Shown here one piece after another: positions 51,616-62,893 of a DNA stretch of 64,000 bases (positions within the stretch are counted from its first letter, which is position 1; each line of letters opens with the position of its first letter). The stretch covers positions 372,001 to 436,000 of the forward strand of contig CP142730.1 of the NCBI GenBank assembly GCA_036630325.1. The letters are read 5' to 3'. Source of the DNA: Vairimorpha necatrix (Eukaryota). The position numbers and the translations under genes are program-made. The notes beneath the pieces were generated by a model. It was not told the DNA's origin. It did not search any database and saw only the letters and a program-made list of their open reading frames with translations.

Positions 51616-52758
51616 TTATTTACGCATGAATGTGCCTCGCTTGAGATGAAAGATCTTCTCAAATATAAAGTAGAATTCTTCTACTTTATATTTCTCTTTT
51701 CTCACTATCTCACTCACTTCACTCTTCTTCACTGTCTCTTTCTCTGCCAGTCTACTCACTCCTTCTATTTCTCTACTCATTTCTACACAGTACAAGTTAC
51801 TGAATATTTCTACTATCTCATTCTCTTTTATAAACTTGTAAATATCTTCCATTTCTAGTCCCGAGATATCTTTGATATCTCGGAGAGAGAAGACAAGCTT
51901 CTCTCTTAATAAATTAAGAAGATTAATATTCTTATAATCAAGACAATCATCTTCATAGTATCCTTTTAAAACACCATCTTCAAATAAGTCACTATTACTT
52001 AAAATAAGATTACTTATATGATTAAGATTATTTGAAATTATTTCTTGTCTTATTTTTTGTAATGGCTTATCATAAAACTTATCTTTTAAAATATATCGCC
52101 CTTTATGATAAAATGTCATCTTCTGGAGACTCATCTTAATTTCTTCACTTTGACCTGGGAATAAAATCAAGAGATCTGAGTAATTTACTACTACTCTATT
52201 TCTAATACATCTTTCTATCTTATCAGATATAATAGATATAATACTATTAGATATAATACTATTAGATATAATATTATTAGAAGTAATACTATTAGATATA
52301 ATACTATACTTATTATTATTAGAAGTAATACTATACTTATTATTATTATATGTAATATTATTAGATATAATACTCTCTTGATCTATCATTTTAATCTTGT
52401 AATTAATATTCCGCTTTCTATGTTCTACTTCTTCTCGACTCTCAACTTTCCTGAACTGTAAACTCGTCTTACTCTCTTCCCTGTCTGGGAACTTACTACT
52501 AAACTTAAACACTGTACTGATCTTATAAACACACTCTTCTGTACTCTGTAAAAGATACAGAGACGAGAAAGAACAAACACCATGGGAATATAAAGTCATA
52601 GTATCAGATTTACTTCTAAGAAGAGGGAGAGTGTAATCTACTTCTAGATACTTACTAGAAGACTTAAGTCTAAAAGTAAGTGGAGAAGGAAGAGGGAGTT
52701 TGAGAATATTAAGATTTGAGTTTAGTAAACGAATTTGGAACTCCCTTTTAATTTTCAC
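51616..52758 (-). CDS. Probable RNA polymerase III subunit RPC5/C37
   Basis: KREFQIRL...ILKLP...RLKSSSKYLEVDY resembles the RPC5 N-terminal domain; the ORF starts at GTG after a CCC motif; SIISN repeats. Confidence 0.55.
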   Translation of the reverse strand: MKIKREFQIRLLNSNLNILKLPLPSPLTFRLKSSSKYLEVDYTLPLLRSKSDTMTLYSHGVCSFSSLYLLQSTEECVYKISTVFKFSSKFPDREESKTSLQFRKVESREEVEHRKRNINYKIKMIDQESIISNNITYNNNKYSITSNNNKYSIISNSITSNNIISNSIISNSIISIISDKIERCIRNRVVVNYSDLLILFPGQSEEIKMSLQKMTFYHKGRYILKDKFYDKPLQKIRQEIISNNLNHISNLILSNSDLFEDGVLKGYYEDDCLDYKNINLLNLLREKLVFSLRDIKDISGLEMEDIYKFIKENEIVEIFSNLYCVEMSREIEGVSRLAEKETVKKSEVSEIVRKEKYKVEEFYFIFEKIFHLKRGTFMRK

Positions 52759-52879
52759 AAGGGAGATAAAAAAAAACTAAGATAAAATATCTTACATTAC
52801 AATGTATAATAGACATAAGATCAAATATTATAAACTTATCAGAATAGATGTCACATCACAAGAAAATATACAGCAAGTA

Positions 52880-53560
52880 AAAAAAGATAAGTTTTAAAAG
52901 TATGATGTCCTTGCGAACGAACTGGGCTTAATATATGAATTCAGAAAAATCCATACGTAATCACTTAATACGGCATAGTGACTAAGTTTCACAAGACTTA
53001 GTAGAATTGTACATCTAGAAAGCATCTCTCTGGACTACCAGAGCCGATGTGGAAAGAACTAGAAGGTTCCTACAATACAAATATTTTAAAGCGGAATAAA
53101 ACTAGAAATATAAACTACTTTAAGAATAAGAGAATTTTTAATTCTGTATAAGTGAGAGATAGGGAGAAACCTTACATAGTGACCAGAAGAATATAATGTA
53201 TAATATAATATAGTGTTAGTATTAGTAATTAATATGTGTGCCTTTATACATGTTACTGTGGAAAAATACAATCTAAAGCCGACAAAAAAACTCAAGAGTC
53301 ACGTAGCAGATTAATTGGGCACAACAGACTAGATACTGTAGTATAGAACAGAAATATATAAAATTTATTTAAGCCCGTCAAACTTAAGAAAGTAGTATAT
53401 GTATAATGTCACTAATGTGTGGCTTAAATGTAACATTATAATCCAATAAACATGGGATTTAGTAAAATATACTATGGAATTCACTGAATAAGACTTAATA
53501 TACCAACATGGGCCGGGGCGTCATACCCAAGAAGATCTTGTAACTGATTTTTATAGATGA
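52880..53560 (+). mobile_element. Degenerate RLE non-LTR remnants
   Basis: KYDVLANELGLIY at ~52897-52935, and HNR.D and TWD-like pieces further on. Confidence 0.55.
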
Positions 53561-54007
53561 TTAGACTGAAATGTAGACATAAGATGCTATATATAAAATT
53601 TATTATCTAAAATATTATAAGGGTAGATATGGATCTCTTATAGACTACAGTTGAATTATGATATTGTATAACTTGGGAGTAGGCGCAGAATGCTGAATTT
53701 TAATAACTCATGTTTATTACTTAACTCATGTATATACTTAACTCATGTTTATACTTAACTCGTGTATATATTTGAATATTTATGACGAAGTATGGAAAAT
53801 GTCTAGTATGGCACTATTATAGCATATATCTGAAACATATCTAGTATGTTTTTAATATGATAAAATGAGGGGTTATTTCATTGGTGCATTCTTAAAATGT
53901 TCTATTCTATGTATAACATAGTTCTAAAAATGTAAATAAATTTTATCTAGACATACACACAAATTTCATCTAGACATACACAGAAATTCCATCTACATAT
54001 ATTCATA

Positions 54008-55045
54008 CTATATATCACTCGGCTTCTTACCAAACATCCATGTCTTGTCACTAATACTCCCTCTATCTTCTACTAAACTATGAGATCTCTTCCTCTGTGT
54101 ACTCTTCTTCTTACTCTTATCTATCCCTGTAAAACAATCTCTTATCAATTTATATTCTATATACAAATTATTAGTACAAAACTCACTAATCCTTTCTCCA
54201 CTATGTTCATCAGACTTACAACTCTTCTTAATATTAAAATCTTCATTCAAATCTATTTTATTCTTCTTAAAATTTTTTTTCTCATAATCTCCACCTAAGT
54301 CATAAATAGATTTCCATATCCTAAAAATCTCAAATAACTCATTATCTTTATACACATTTTTCTTTATATAATTCTTCCCTACTAAATTATACAAATATTC
54401 TGGTATATTATAAATCTCATTATTAATATGTACCATATTCTTATATAAAAAATTAAAATTTTTATAAAAATTTGAAAATTCTATAATTTGAAATATTTTA
54501 CCTGTATTCATATTATACTTAAATTCTTCTAATAATAAATATCTTATATCATAATATCTATACATACCATATATAAAATAATTCATTTTAATCATCTTAT
54601 TTTCTATTTCAAAAACAGGATTATATAATAATATCTTAAAATATGATTCAGAATCTTTAATATTCCTTAAATTTGTCATATAAAACAAGATATCTTGTTT
54701 TGAAACTTTTTTTTCATCAGAATTACTTATTATTTCTGTAACTACTTTTGAAGCAGATTTGGTTTGATTAGTAAAAGAGAAGAATATGAATGATTCATTG
54801 TCTATTTCTATAATACATTGGGATTTTAAGATGGCTAATGCTTCGTTTTCCATTTTTTTATTGTCAACTTTTATCCAGCCATTTAGTAGCACTGCTACCC
54901 AGACATCTTCAAGATCGGAATAAAAAAAACATAAGTGAGTTATACCTTTTTTAAAGCAGTAGAAACCTCTTGGATATCTTTTAGAGATATTTTGAGTATT
55001 TTGTAGAATAAATGAAATTTCATTTGGTACAGAATCGTCCTTCAT
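54008..55045 (-). CDS. Hypothetical protein with N-terminal FHA-like domain (345 aa)
   Basis: Long intact ORF; HLCFFY....WVAVLLNGWIKVD....LKSQCIIEIDNESFIF resembles the C-terminal strands of an FHA domain. Confidence 0.5.
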   Translation of the reverse strand: MKDDSVPNEISFILQNTQNISKRYPRGFYCFKKGITHLCFFYSDLEDVWVAVLLNGWIKVDNKKMENEALAILKSQCIIEIDNESFIFFSFTNQTKSASKVVTEIISNSDEKKVSKQDILFYMTNLRNIKDSESYFKILLYNPVFEIENKMIKMNYFIYGMYRYYDIRYLLLEEFKYNMNTGKIFQIIEFSNFYKNFNFLYKNMVHINNEIYNIPEYLYNLVGKNYIKKNVYKDNELFEIFRIWKSIYDLGGDYEKKNFKKNKIDLNEDFNIKKSCKSDEHSGERISEFCTNNLYIEYKLIRDCFTGIDKSKKKSTQRKRSHSLVEDRGSISDKTWMFGKKPSDI

Positions 55046-55167
55046 AAGTGTGTAGATTTTTATTTTTTAAAAAAAAAGATATAAAAAAAAAAACAAATGT
55101 GAGATCAAATTATAAAGTCAATATTTTATATAGTCAATATTTTATATAGTTGTATATTTAAATTAGT

Positions 55168-55328
55168 AGTATGTTACATATTAGTAGTATGCTATATTTA
55201 GTAGTATGTTACATATTAAATGTATGTTATAAATTAAATGTATGTTTTATATTTAGTATTATGTTATATTTAGTATTATGTTACATATTAAAAGTATGTT
55301 ACATATTAAATGTATGTTATAAATTAGT
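55168..55328. repeat. Intergenic minisatellite (gtatgttacatatta-like)
   Basis: About 10 degenerate 15-18 bp units. Confidence 0.8.
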
Positions 55329-55746
55329 TGTGGTACAAACAAACATTGAAAAAATTTCGACATATTTTAGACCAAATTTATATATTATGAAAACATATTG
55401 GAAAACATATTTTAATTTTTATGAAATCATATTATAAATAATAGTTCCACCTGTTAAATCTCAATATGACAAATTAATCAATTTTTAGAAATTTGATTGA
55501 TTAGTTTTATAAGGAGATGAACTAAATTGAGTACCAAAAAAATATGATCAGTTATCTGTCAAAAATCAAAAAGACTTAAAAATATATAAACCCTCATAAA
55601 TTAAGTAGAACGAAAGATCTAGTAAACAAGAAGCCTATTAATACAATAAGTTTAAACTTTAAGATATTAAATCTTTAAAATGCTTCGTCTTTTTTTAGTT
55701 TTAAATTAAAACATGTCTTTATTATTTTTTTATAATTATTTTTTAT

Positions 55747-56313
55747 TTATTGACTAAATATATTTCTTATTATCTCACTACTATGATATTTCTTAATACT
55801 TTCTATTCTGCTTTTATACGAGTTATCTATCACTGTCTTACTATCTTTACTTACCAATATTATTCCTCCTAAAAACTCTTCTACTTTCTTAATCTCCACA
55901 TTTCCTAACATTTTCCTTACTATCTTTTTATCTTCTTCTTTACACAGTACAAAATATTCTCCTCCTATTTTACTTACAGTTTCTTTTATTAATTCTTCTG
56001 TAAGTTTCTCTTCTTTTATTTTTTCTTCTAGTAGACTAAATATCTCATTTATTATTTCATTCTTCTTTTTTACATATTCTAAGTTGTACTTGTTAATTAT
56101 ATTTGATTCTTCTTTAAATTTTCTTATTTCTTCTTGTTTCTGGTTATAAAAAAGATCTTTTTCCATTTTGTCAAGTTCTTGGGTTATTATAAGAGCTTTT
56201 TCTGTATTATATTCTTGTATAGATCTTATTTCTATTTCTTTGACTTTTTCTTCTGCTTCGTGTTTTATGAAAGTGATCATTCTTTCAATATCTTTATTAG
56301 GCAATTTCTCCAT
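55747..56313 (-). CDS. VMA4: V-type ATPase subunit E
   Basis: MITFIKHEAEEKVKEI...QEYNTEK and GGIILVSKDSKTVIDNSYKSRI. Confidence 0.92.
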   Translation of the reverse strand: MEKLPNKDIERMITFIKHEAEEKVKEIEIRSIQEYNTEKALIITQELDKMEKDLFYNQKQEEIRKFKEESNIINKYNLEYVKKKNEIINEIFSLLEEKIKEEKLTEELIKETVSKIGGEYFVLCKEEDKKIVRKMLGNVEIKKVEEFLGGIILVSKDSKTVIDNSYKSRIESIKKYHSSEIIRNIFSQ

Positions 56314-56540
56314 ATTATTAGAAGGGTAGTTTAAAATATTATTTATTATATAATGTAATATATATATAAATATTATTTAATATAATAAAATAAGATTGTG
56401 TTTATTTCTAATACTAAACATAAAATAAGATTTACTGTAAAACTAATACTAAATATAAAATAAGATTTACTATAAAACTAATACTAAATATATATAAGAT
56501 TTAATGTACTAAATATAATATTCATTATGTAGTAGATTTA

Positions 56541-57626
56541 TTAAACTTCCTTGACTATTTGTACTACATCACTATCTTCAAGTACATGATCTTTTCCTAC
56601 TTTCTGTGGCACATGTTTCACACTCTTCCCCCAAACAAGAGCATATTTAAACTTCTTAATTATCTCCCTATGTATCGCATTACAGAAATCTTCCATTCTT
56701 CTTTTTTTACTCTTTAAAATCACTGGTTCCTCATAATCAATAGACTGCCCTTTTGGCTTAGGGTAAATTCTAACTAAATCTAAATATTCCCAGGCTTTCT
56801 TAAGGAAGACATCAAAATTCCACTTTAAATTTGCGCATATTGGCACAGCATGCGGGATCCTATAAATTATATCTAATTCTTCTACACTTATAGCGTCTAT
56901 CTTGTTTAAGACATAAATACATGGGACATATTTCCTATTTCCTTCTATAGTGTCTATTAAGTCATCAATAGTACACTTCTCATTAGTAATGACTTCAGCA
57001 TTGCTCATTCTAAATTCTTGTAAGACACTTTTCACTGTATTGTAATCTAAATGATCTCCTTTTAACATCAAGCCGCCTCTGTCTGCTCTACTGATTTTTA
57101 TCTTAGGCGGGAGTTTATTAAGTCTTATTCCGAAAGATTCTAATTCTTTCTCTATTAATCTTTTATGAGTAAGAGGCTTCAAGACATCAAGGCATATTAC
57201 TAGTAGAGAACAAGTTCTAGCTACTCCTAGTACTTGTCTACCTCTTCCTTTACCATCTTTGGCTCCTTCTATAATACCAGGTAGATCTAATATTTGTATC
57301 TTGGCTCCATTATAAGTTATTACTCCAGGGATAGCAGTCAGGGTAGTAAATTCATATTCTGCTACTTCACTGTGGATTCCAGTCAACTGAGACATCAAAG
57401 TAGACTTTCCTACACTGGGGAAGCCTATAAAACCAATACGGGCTATACCCGTCTTGGAGACATCAAAGCCGGCTTCGCCGCCCCCAGATCTGGGGGCGGT
57501 GATCAAATCTCTTCTAAGTTTGGCTATTTTGGCCTTAAGAATACCAATGTGATTATTTGTGGCTTTGTTCTTCTGTGTCCTGGCTATTTCATTTTCTATT
57601 TCTTTGATTTTTTCAAGTGTATTCAT
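56541..57626 (-). CDS. RBG1: Developmentally regulated GTP-binding protein DRG1/Rbg1
   Basis: [48 protein letters not shown] (DRG1-type), NKID and C-terminal TGS domain. Confidence 0.95.
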   Translation of the reverse strand: MNTLEKIKEIENEIARTQKNKATNNHIGILKAKIAKLRRDLITAPRSGGGEAGFDVSKTGIARIGFIGFPSVGKSTLMSQLTGIHSEVAEYEFTTLTAIPGVITYNGAKIQILDLPGIIEGAKDGKGRGRQVLGVARTCSLLVICLDVLKPLTHKRLIEKELESFGIRLNKLPPKIKISRADRGGLMLKGDHLDYNTVKSVLQEFRMSNAEVITNEKCTIDDLIDTIEGNRKYVPCIYVLNKIDAISVEELDIIYRIPHAVPICANLKWNFDVFLKKAWEYLDLVRIYPKPKGQSIDYEEPVILKSKKRRMEDFCNAIHREIIKKFKYALVWGKSVKHVPQKVGKDHVLEDSDVVQIVKEV

Positions 57627-57890
57627 TTTAAAACTAGAAGGGGGTAAAGCACTTCTAATTTATTCTAAAAAAAATGGTATTAATTAAGAGCAAATTAAAA
57701 AAAAATTCTTTAATTTATATTTAATTATTGTAAAATATAATAAATATTTAATTGTAAAATTTTATAAATTATCATTGTAGAATTTTAAAAATTCTTCATT
57801 GTAGAATTAACTATGTGTGTTCAATTTTAAAATATTTCATTGTTCAATTTAAATTGATGTTATTCTATAATACATTTTTAAATAAAAATC

Positions 57891-57962
57891 TGGTCCCGCC
57901 GAGATTCGAACTCGGATTATTGGATTCAAAGTCCAAGGTGATGACCATTACACTACGGGACC
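57891..57962 (-). tRNA. tRNA-Gln(TTG)
   Basis: GGTCCCGTAGTGTAATGGTCATCACCTTGGACTTTGAATCCAATAATCCGAGTTCGAATCTCGGCGGGACCA: 72 nt cloverleaf, anticodon TTG, no intron. Confidence 0.97.
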
Positions 57963-58080
57963 ATGAAAACACAAATAAAAAAAATTATATTAATATTACA
58001 ATATTATATTTACTTTTATAATATAAAACAAATATTACACTGTAAATATAATATATTTAAATAATATTTCTTTTTTATTA

Positions 58081-59844
58081 TTAGTTATACTTCCCTTGAG
58101 TATATTCCTCATATGTGTATGTCTCAAACATTTCACTATATCTCATTCCTTTAAGAGGATCCTCCTCTGGATTACTCGCTGTCTTAATTCTGATTTCTTT
58201 ATCATATGAATATTTCTTACATTCTTGCTTTAGTCTTTCTTTAAGTCCTTGTATTTGACTAAATCCCCCTGTTAGAAATATCTCATTTATGTCTCTGTAC
58301 TTCTCTAAAATATTCTCTAATATCTCCCCCAGGCCCATCTGGTCACTGCCTATTAAACTCGGCTCAAATAATACTTCAGTCACTCTTAATAAATCAATAT
58401 TCACTAGAATATTCTCTGTGTGCTTATTACTCACTAAATCATAGACTGTAGATTTACTACTAATATAATTCTTATCATATAAACTTATTATTTCTAAGAG
58501 ACTGTCTCTCTCATTTATAAGCTTCTCATCTATATTCGTATTCTCACATTTCTTAATCTTCTTTTTATATTCAATCTCTTCCTTTGTAAGCTCCCCTGTC
58601 TTCAAAAGAAGACCAAATTCATAAGTCTTTCTATTTGTGGAATCTTTCCTTACTTTCTCTCTTAACTCTAATTCTCTAATAATATGCTCATATCTCTTCT
58701 TCTTCTTATTTAGAAAAGAAGGGAGATCTGTGATCTTCTCATATTCTTCTTCATTCTCTTTAATTTTATTATCTAATCTTCTTAATATTTTCAATATCTT
58801 ATTATTGTACTGGTAGAGTCTAATTTTTAACATACCGGGCATGACTTTCTTTTCTAATGGAAAATTAGATTGGTCATTTAATTTTATAATTTCATCTCCA
58901 ATTTTTTCTAAATCTTCATTTTCAAGAGTTTCGTCTAAATTTGTTTGTTCATCATTTAAATTTGTTTGTTCATCTAAATTTGTACTATCATTTATTTCTT
59001 CTAAATTATTGTCTAATTCGTCAGATGATTCATATTTAGGCCTTTTTATATTCTTCTTTTTATTCATATTCTTTAATCTCTCTACTAATCTACTCTTCAT
59101 TACACTATCTTCTTTGATTTCTTCATAAGCTTCATTTATACACACACTATCACTAAAATCTTGTAATTTTAATCTTTCTATAATCTCAAATACTTCCTTG
59201 TCATAATCTAAAGGACATTTTAAATATTTCATTATATTCATATAATTCTTATTATATTCCTTAAATTTATATTTGATTATATTCGTCAAATACATAAGGG
59301 CGAATTTCCCTCCATAATTAATTTTATATACATCTAATACTTCTTCTTTTTTTATAATGTAGACATAACTTGCAGAGTGACCTAAAGAAATAATAATTCG
59401 TCTTTGATTATCTGTATAATTTATATTATACAAATAGGAGTAGACTGCGTCTACTCCTATTTGGATTTTATTAAAATGATACACTTCAAAAAGAAATCTA
59501 ATTAAATCTAATTTTGTAGGACTGTAAATCGCATCTGTGATTATTAAATTATTACACTTCTTGACTTCTAAATATTCTAAGGCTTGATCAATATTCTCTT
59601 CTAAAACATGGAAGCCGGAGATCATGTCAAAAGTAAAAGGAGTGTACTTGTTCTTAGTCCGGATACTATCAAACTTCAAGCCTTCTGTGTCCTTGTAGAA
59701 ACAATTCAGGAATTTAATCCCGACTCCGCTTCCTAAATATCCTGCCTTGAATTCATAAGTCCCATTGTCAATGACTATCGTGTCAGACTTCTTGAACTGA
59801 GCAGTGTAAACTTTGTAAGAATTTTGTAGATCTAATTTTCTCAT
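58081..59844 (-). CDS. ARP5: Actin-related protein Arp5 (INO80 complex)
   Basis: IVIDNGTYEFKAGY, LFEVY, GVDAVYS, long charged insertion, RVTEVLFEPSLIGSDQMGLGE, IFLTGGFS. Start moved to the ATG after CCCC. Confidence 0.88.
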   Translation of the reverse strand: MRKLDLQNSYKVYTAQFKKSDTIVIDNGTYEFKAGYLGSGVGIKFLNCFYKDTEGLKFDSIRTKNKYTPFTFDMISGFHVLEENIDQALEYLEVKKCNNLIITDAIYSPTKLDLIRFLFEVYHFNKIQIGVDAVYSYLYNINYTDNQRRIIISLGHSASYVYIIKKEEVLDVYKINYGGKFALMYLTNIIKYKFKEYNKNYMNIMKYLKCPLDYDKEVFEIIERLKLQDFSDSVCINEAYEEIKEDSVMKSRLVERLKNMNKKKNIKRPKYESSDELDNNLEEINDSTNLDEQTNLNDEQTNLDETLENEDLEKIGDEIIKLNDQSNFPLEKKVMPGMLKIRLYQYNNKILKILRRLDNKIKENEEEYEKITDLPSFLNKKKKRYEHIIRELELREKVRKDSTNRKTYEFGLLLKTGELTKEEIEYKKKIKKCENTNIDEKLINERDSLLEIISLYDKNYISSKSTVYDLVSNKHTENILVNIDLLRVTEVLFEPSLIGSDQMGLGEILENILEKYRDINEIFLTGGFSQIQGLKERLKQECKKYSYDKEIRIKTASNPEEDPLKGMRYSEMFETYTYEEYTQGKYN

Positions 59845-60087
59845 AGGAGGGGTCAAAGAAAAATGTGACAATATTTTACACAATTTTGCACATTTGTATT
59901 AATGACAATATTTTTAACAATTTTGCACACTTGTATTTATGAACATATTTTTAACAATTTTGTGTTTTACGAATTTGTATTTTACAAATTTGCACATTTG
60001 TATTTAACATATTTAATCATTTTACTCTATCTTAAGTCATAAAGATCCCATATAAATATGTACATTAATATTTGACTTTTTTCTTTT

Positions 60088-61575
60088 CTATGGTAGTTTC
60101 TTCTTTTTATACGGGGAATCATATTTGTTAATAAACACTGTCTTATTAATAATTCGTCCTTCTATCTCTTCTCTTATCACATTTTTATACACTTCTCCAT
60201 TCTTAATAAACTCCCCATACATTTTATTATATTCTTCAATCTTACTTCTAATTTCTTCTTCTATTTTTAACAATGAAGGATACGCATACTTTCTAAACTT
60301 CTCTTCTCTATTTAACTGAAAACTACTCTTAAAAAGTCTCTTCGGGTCACTGGCAATCTTCTCAAATTCATTCATACTTTCTAACAAATTGTATCTTTTT
60401 TCTATTAAATTATTAATTTCTAAAAAAGTATCTTTTTTTTCTTCTAAATCCTTAATTCTATTTTTTAAATTTAAAATGCCTGCGTCATTTTTTTCATAAA
60501 ATTCATCTTTCATGCCGAATAAAATTAATAAATCTTTTAAGATATTTGCATGATTTTTATAAATTTCATCGAGTTGTCTTTTGTATTCTTCTTCTAAGAA
60601 AAGTAATCTGTTTTTTAAATAAAAAATATATTCATCTGATAAAGAATTAGAAAATTCTTTAACTTTATATTCGTCTGATAATATTTTATTATTGGTAAAA
60701 TCATCTGATAATATTTTATTATTTGCAGATTCATCTTTTAATATTTTATTAGGTTGATTTTCTTTACTTGTATATTCATCAATTGATGGTTTAAATAGTT
60801 CATTTTCTTCGATATTATTTTCAGATGGCTTTGGTATAAAAAGTAAGTTTTCTTCACTTTTAAATCCACTTGAAATTGATTTATTAAGTAAATCTTCTTT
60901 GCCTATAATTTGTATCTTTAAATTTTTAATTTCTTCTTCACGATGTTTACATAATGTCGTGTACTCATAATATTTCTCTTCTATTATACTGATCTTGTCA
61001 GTATAAGAAATTTCATCTTTCTTATTTAATCTCTTTTTTAGGTTTTTTATGATTTTTATCATTTCAAATCTTTTTTTTTCTTTTTTAGATTTTTCTTCTT
61101 TAAGTTGTTCATGCAATTTTTTTATATTTATAAGATAATTTTGAGAAATTTGTTTGTCTGGACAAACAAATTCCTCTTGATAAATTTCATTATGCAAAAT
61201 ATAAATTTTACTAATCCACAAATCTATTTCTTTTTCTAAATTTTTCTCCATAATTTTGATTTTATTATTTTCATTACATAAATATTCATATTTTAAATAT
61301 AAATTTGTAAATTCTTGTACTTCTAAATATTTTATATTTAGATTTTTACTTTTTATTTTTATTTCTGTTTCTATTTCTTTACATTTTAAGATTAAGTTTT
61401 CTTGTTCTTTTTTTGATATTTTAATTTGTTCCTCAATAAATTTGGTTATTTTGGTGTATTTGTCAGAAAAGTAAATGTTTGGGTTTATTGAAATTTTATC
61501 CATAGGAATAAGTGTGCTATTTATTTTATGTAGTTTATAAAGTTGTGTATTTATAATATTTATGAATGTATTCAT
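60088..61575 (-). CDS. ASE1: Ase1/PRC1/MAP65 microtubule bundling protein
   Basis: FEKIASDPKRLFKSSFQLNREEKFRK signature; coiled-coil N-terminus. Confidence 0.85.
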   Translation of the reverse strand: MNTFINIINTQLYKLHKINSTLIPMDKISINPNIYFSDKYTKITKFIEEQIKISKKEQENLILKCKEIETEIKIKSKNLNIKYLEVQEFTNLYLKYEYLCNENNKIKIMEKNLEKEIDLWISKIYILHNEIYQEEFVCPDKQISQNYLINIKKLHEQLKEEKSKKEKKRFEMIKIIKNLKKRLNKKDEISYTDKISIIEEKYYEYTTLCKHREEEIKNLKIQIIGKEDLLNKSISSGFKSEENLLFIPKPSENNIEENELFKPSIDEYTSKENQPNKILKDESANNKILSDDFTNNKILSDEYKVKEFSNSLSDEYIFYLKNRLLFLEEEYKRQLDEIYKNHANILKDLLILFGMKDEFYEKNDAGILNLKNRIKDLEEKKDTFLEINNLIEKRYNLLESMNEFEKIASDPKRLFKSSFQLNREEKFRKYAYPSLLKIEEEIRSKIEEYNKMYGEFIKNGEVYKNVIREEIEGRIINKTVFINKYDSPYKKKKLP

Positions 61576-61753
61576 TTATGGGCAAGAAAATAAAAAATTA
61601 ATTTTTTTGTTGAATTATATTTTGCTTAATTTTTTATGCTGTTTTTATCTTTTATTTTATTTTGTTTGCTTTATTTATGCAGTTTTTATTTTAAATTATA
61701 TTTGTTTATGCTGACTTAAATTTTATTTATGCAGTTTTTGTTTTTATAAATGT

Positions 61754-62140
61754 TTATTTGTAATATTTACTGTATATGTTTATCATGTTCTGATTTATTC
61801 CTTCTATTTCTTTGTCATAATCCACTATCTCATAAATTATCATATGCTTTATCAAATAATAAACATCATACAAGAATTTCTTTACATTTCTAGTTTGTTT
61901 ATGCAAAAAAATGCACTTGTAGGCAGAAGGAAAAATAAGTGCACTGATTTTATAATCCTTATATGTATCAAAACACCCGAAATATGTACTATTTGTAGTC
62001 TTAAGCATATTATTAAGAATGTCTATTGACCCAAAACTGACTATTATTAAGTCCATGTAAGACATTTTATCTTCGTAGTCAGGAAATGTCTTTTTAAAAA
62101 CCAAGTCGTCTTTCTCATTGAGAATAATGACTAAGTCCAT
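61754..62140 (-). CDS. TRAPP subunit, sedlin/TRAPPC2 (Trs20/Tca17) family
   Basis: 128 aa longin-like fold: VIILNEKDDLVF, GSIDIL, YFG, YKISALI....KCIFLH, VKKFLYDVY. Confidence 0.7.
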   Translation of the reverse strand: MDLVIILNEKDDLVFKKTFPDYEDKMSYMDLIIVSFGSIDILNNMLKTTNSTYFGCFDTYKDYKISALIFPSAYKCIFLHKQTRNVKKFLYDVYYLIKHMIIYEIVDYDKEIEGINQNMINIYSKYYK

Positions 62141-62386
62141 AAAGGGATATTAAAATAAACAAAATATATTTACTTAATAAAACTTGATAGGTTAATTATG
62201 TTAATAAATATTTATCTTATAAAATATGTTCAAAATTTATCTTTTGAATATAGAAAAATATGTTAAATATTATTGTAAATTTTTGTTAACATAATTAATC
62301 TATAAAGTATTAGTAAGTAAATATTTGTTATAAATATTTATTATGTTCTATATTTGTTATAAATATTTATTTGTTTAAATTAATAT

Positions 62387-62893
62387 TTACATATCTTCTT
62401 CATTATCATTCATAAACTCGCCACTATTAAAACTACTCTGTTTAAATTGATTACTCCCTTTAGATACCATCGGAGATTTCCCTAAAACTATAGGCATATT
62501 TTGATACAATTTATCACTCGAACTAAGCATTCTATCAAAAACATTATTCATTTCACATCTTGGAACAACATAAACTAAAAAATCAAACATCTCTGACGTC
62601 TTTACCGCCACAGAAATATCTCCTATTTGTAATATTCGTCTTTTACTTTCTTCCGTATTAATCCACGCTCTCAATGTGAGTTCTTCAACAAACTTCTCTG
62701 CTACAAGACTGAATATTATTGGCACCTCTTGCGCCACCATTCTGACTCCTTCTTCTACTTTCATAAGCCTTTTAATTCGGGCTAGTGGTAAAATAACTTC
62801 TTTTAAATTCATTCTGTCGTCTGTGGCATTTATATAAGTCTTTTGCCAAAATAATTCTAACTTTTTGTCTGGGCTTATATTCGAGTCGCGCAT
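62387..62893 (-). CDS. HAP5: CCAAT-binding factor subunit NF-YC/Hap5
   Basis: LPLARIKRLMK..EGVRMVAQEVPIIF...ELTLRAWINTEESKRRILQ...MFDFLVYVVPR. Confidence 0.93.
   Translation of the reverse strand: MRDSNISPDKKLELFWQKTYINATDDRMNLKEVILPLARIKRLMKVEEGVRMVAQEVPIIFSLVAEKFVEELTLRAWINTEESKRRILQIGDISVAVKTSEMFDFLVYVVPRCEMNNVFDRMLSSSDKLYQNMPIVLGKSPMVSKGSNQFKQSSFNSGEFMNDNEEDM

Noticed and set aside
52774-52797. Micro-intron (GTAAGA...TAG) supplying an ATG to the RPC5-like gene
   Set aside because: Splicing at this GT leaves AT+T rather than ATG, and the intron would be only ~19 nt.
55171-55437. 88-aa Cys/Tyr-repeat ORF
   Set aside because: Translation of an intergenic minisatellite.
48090-56520. CRISPR-like arrays
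   Set aside because: The repeats are head-to-tail degenerate minisatellites with no unique spacers and no cas genes, in a eukaryotic context.
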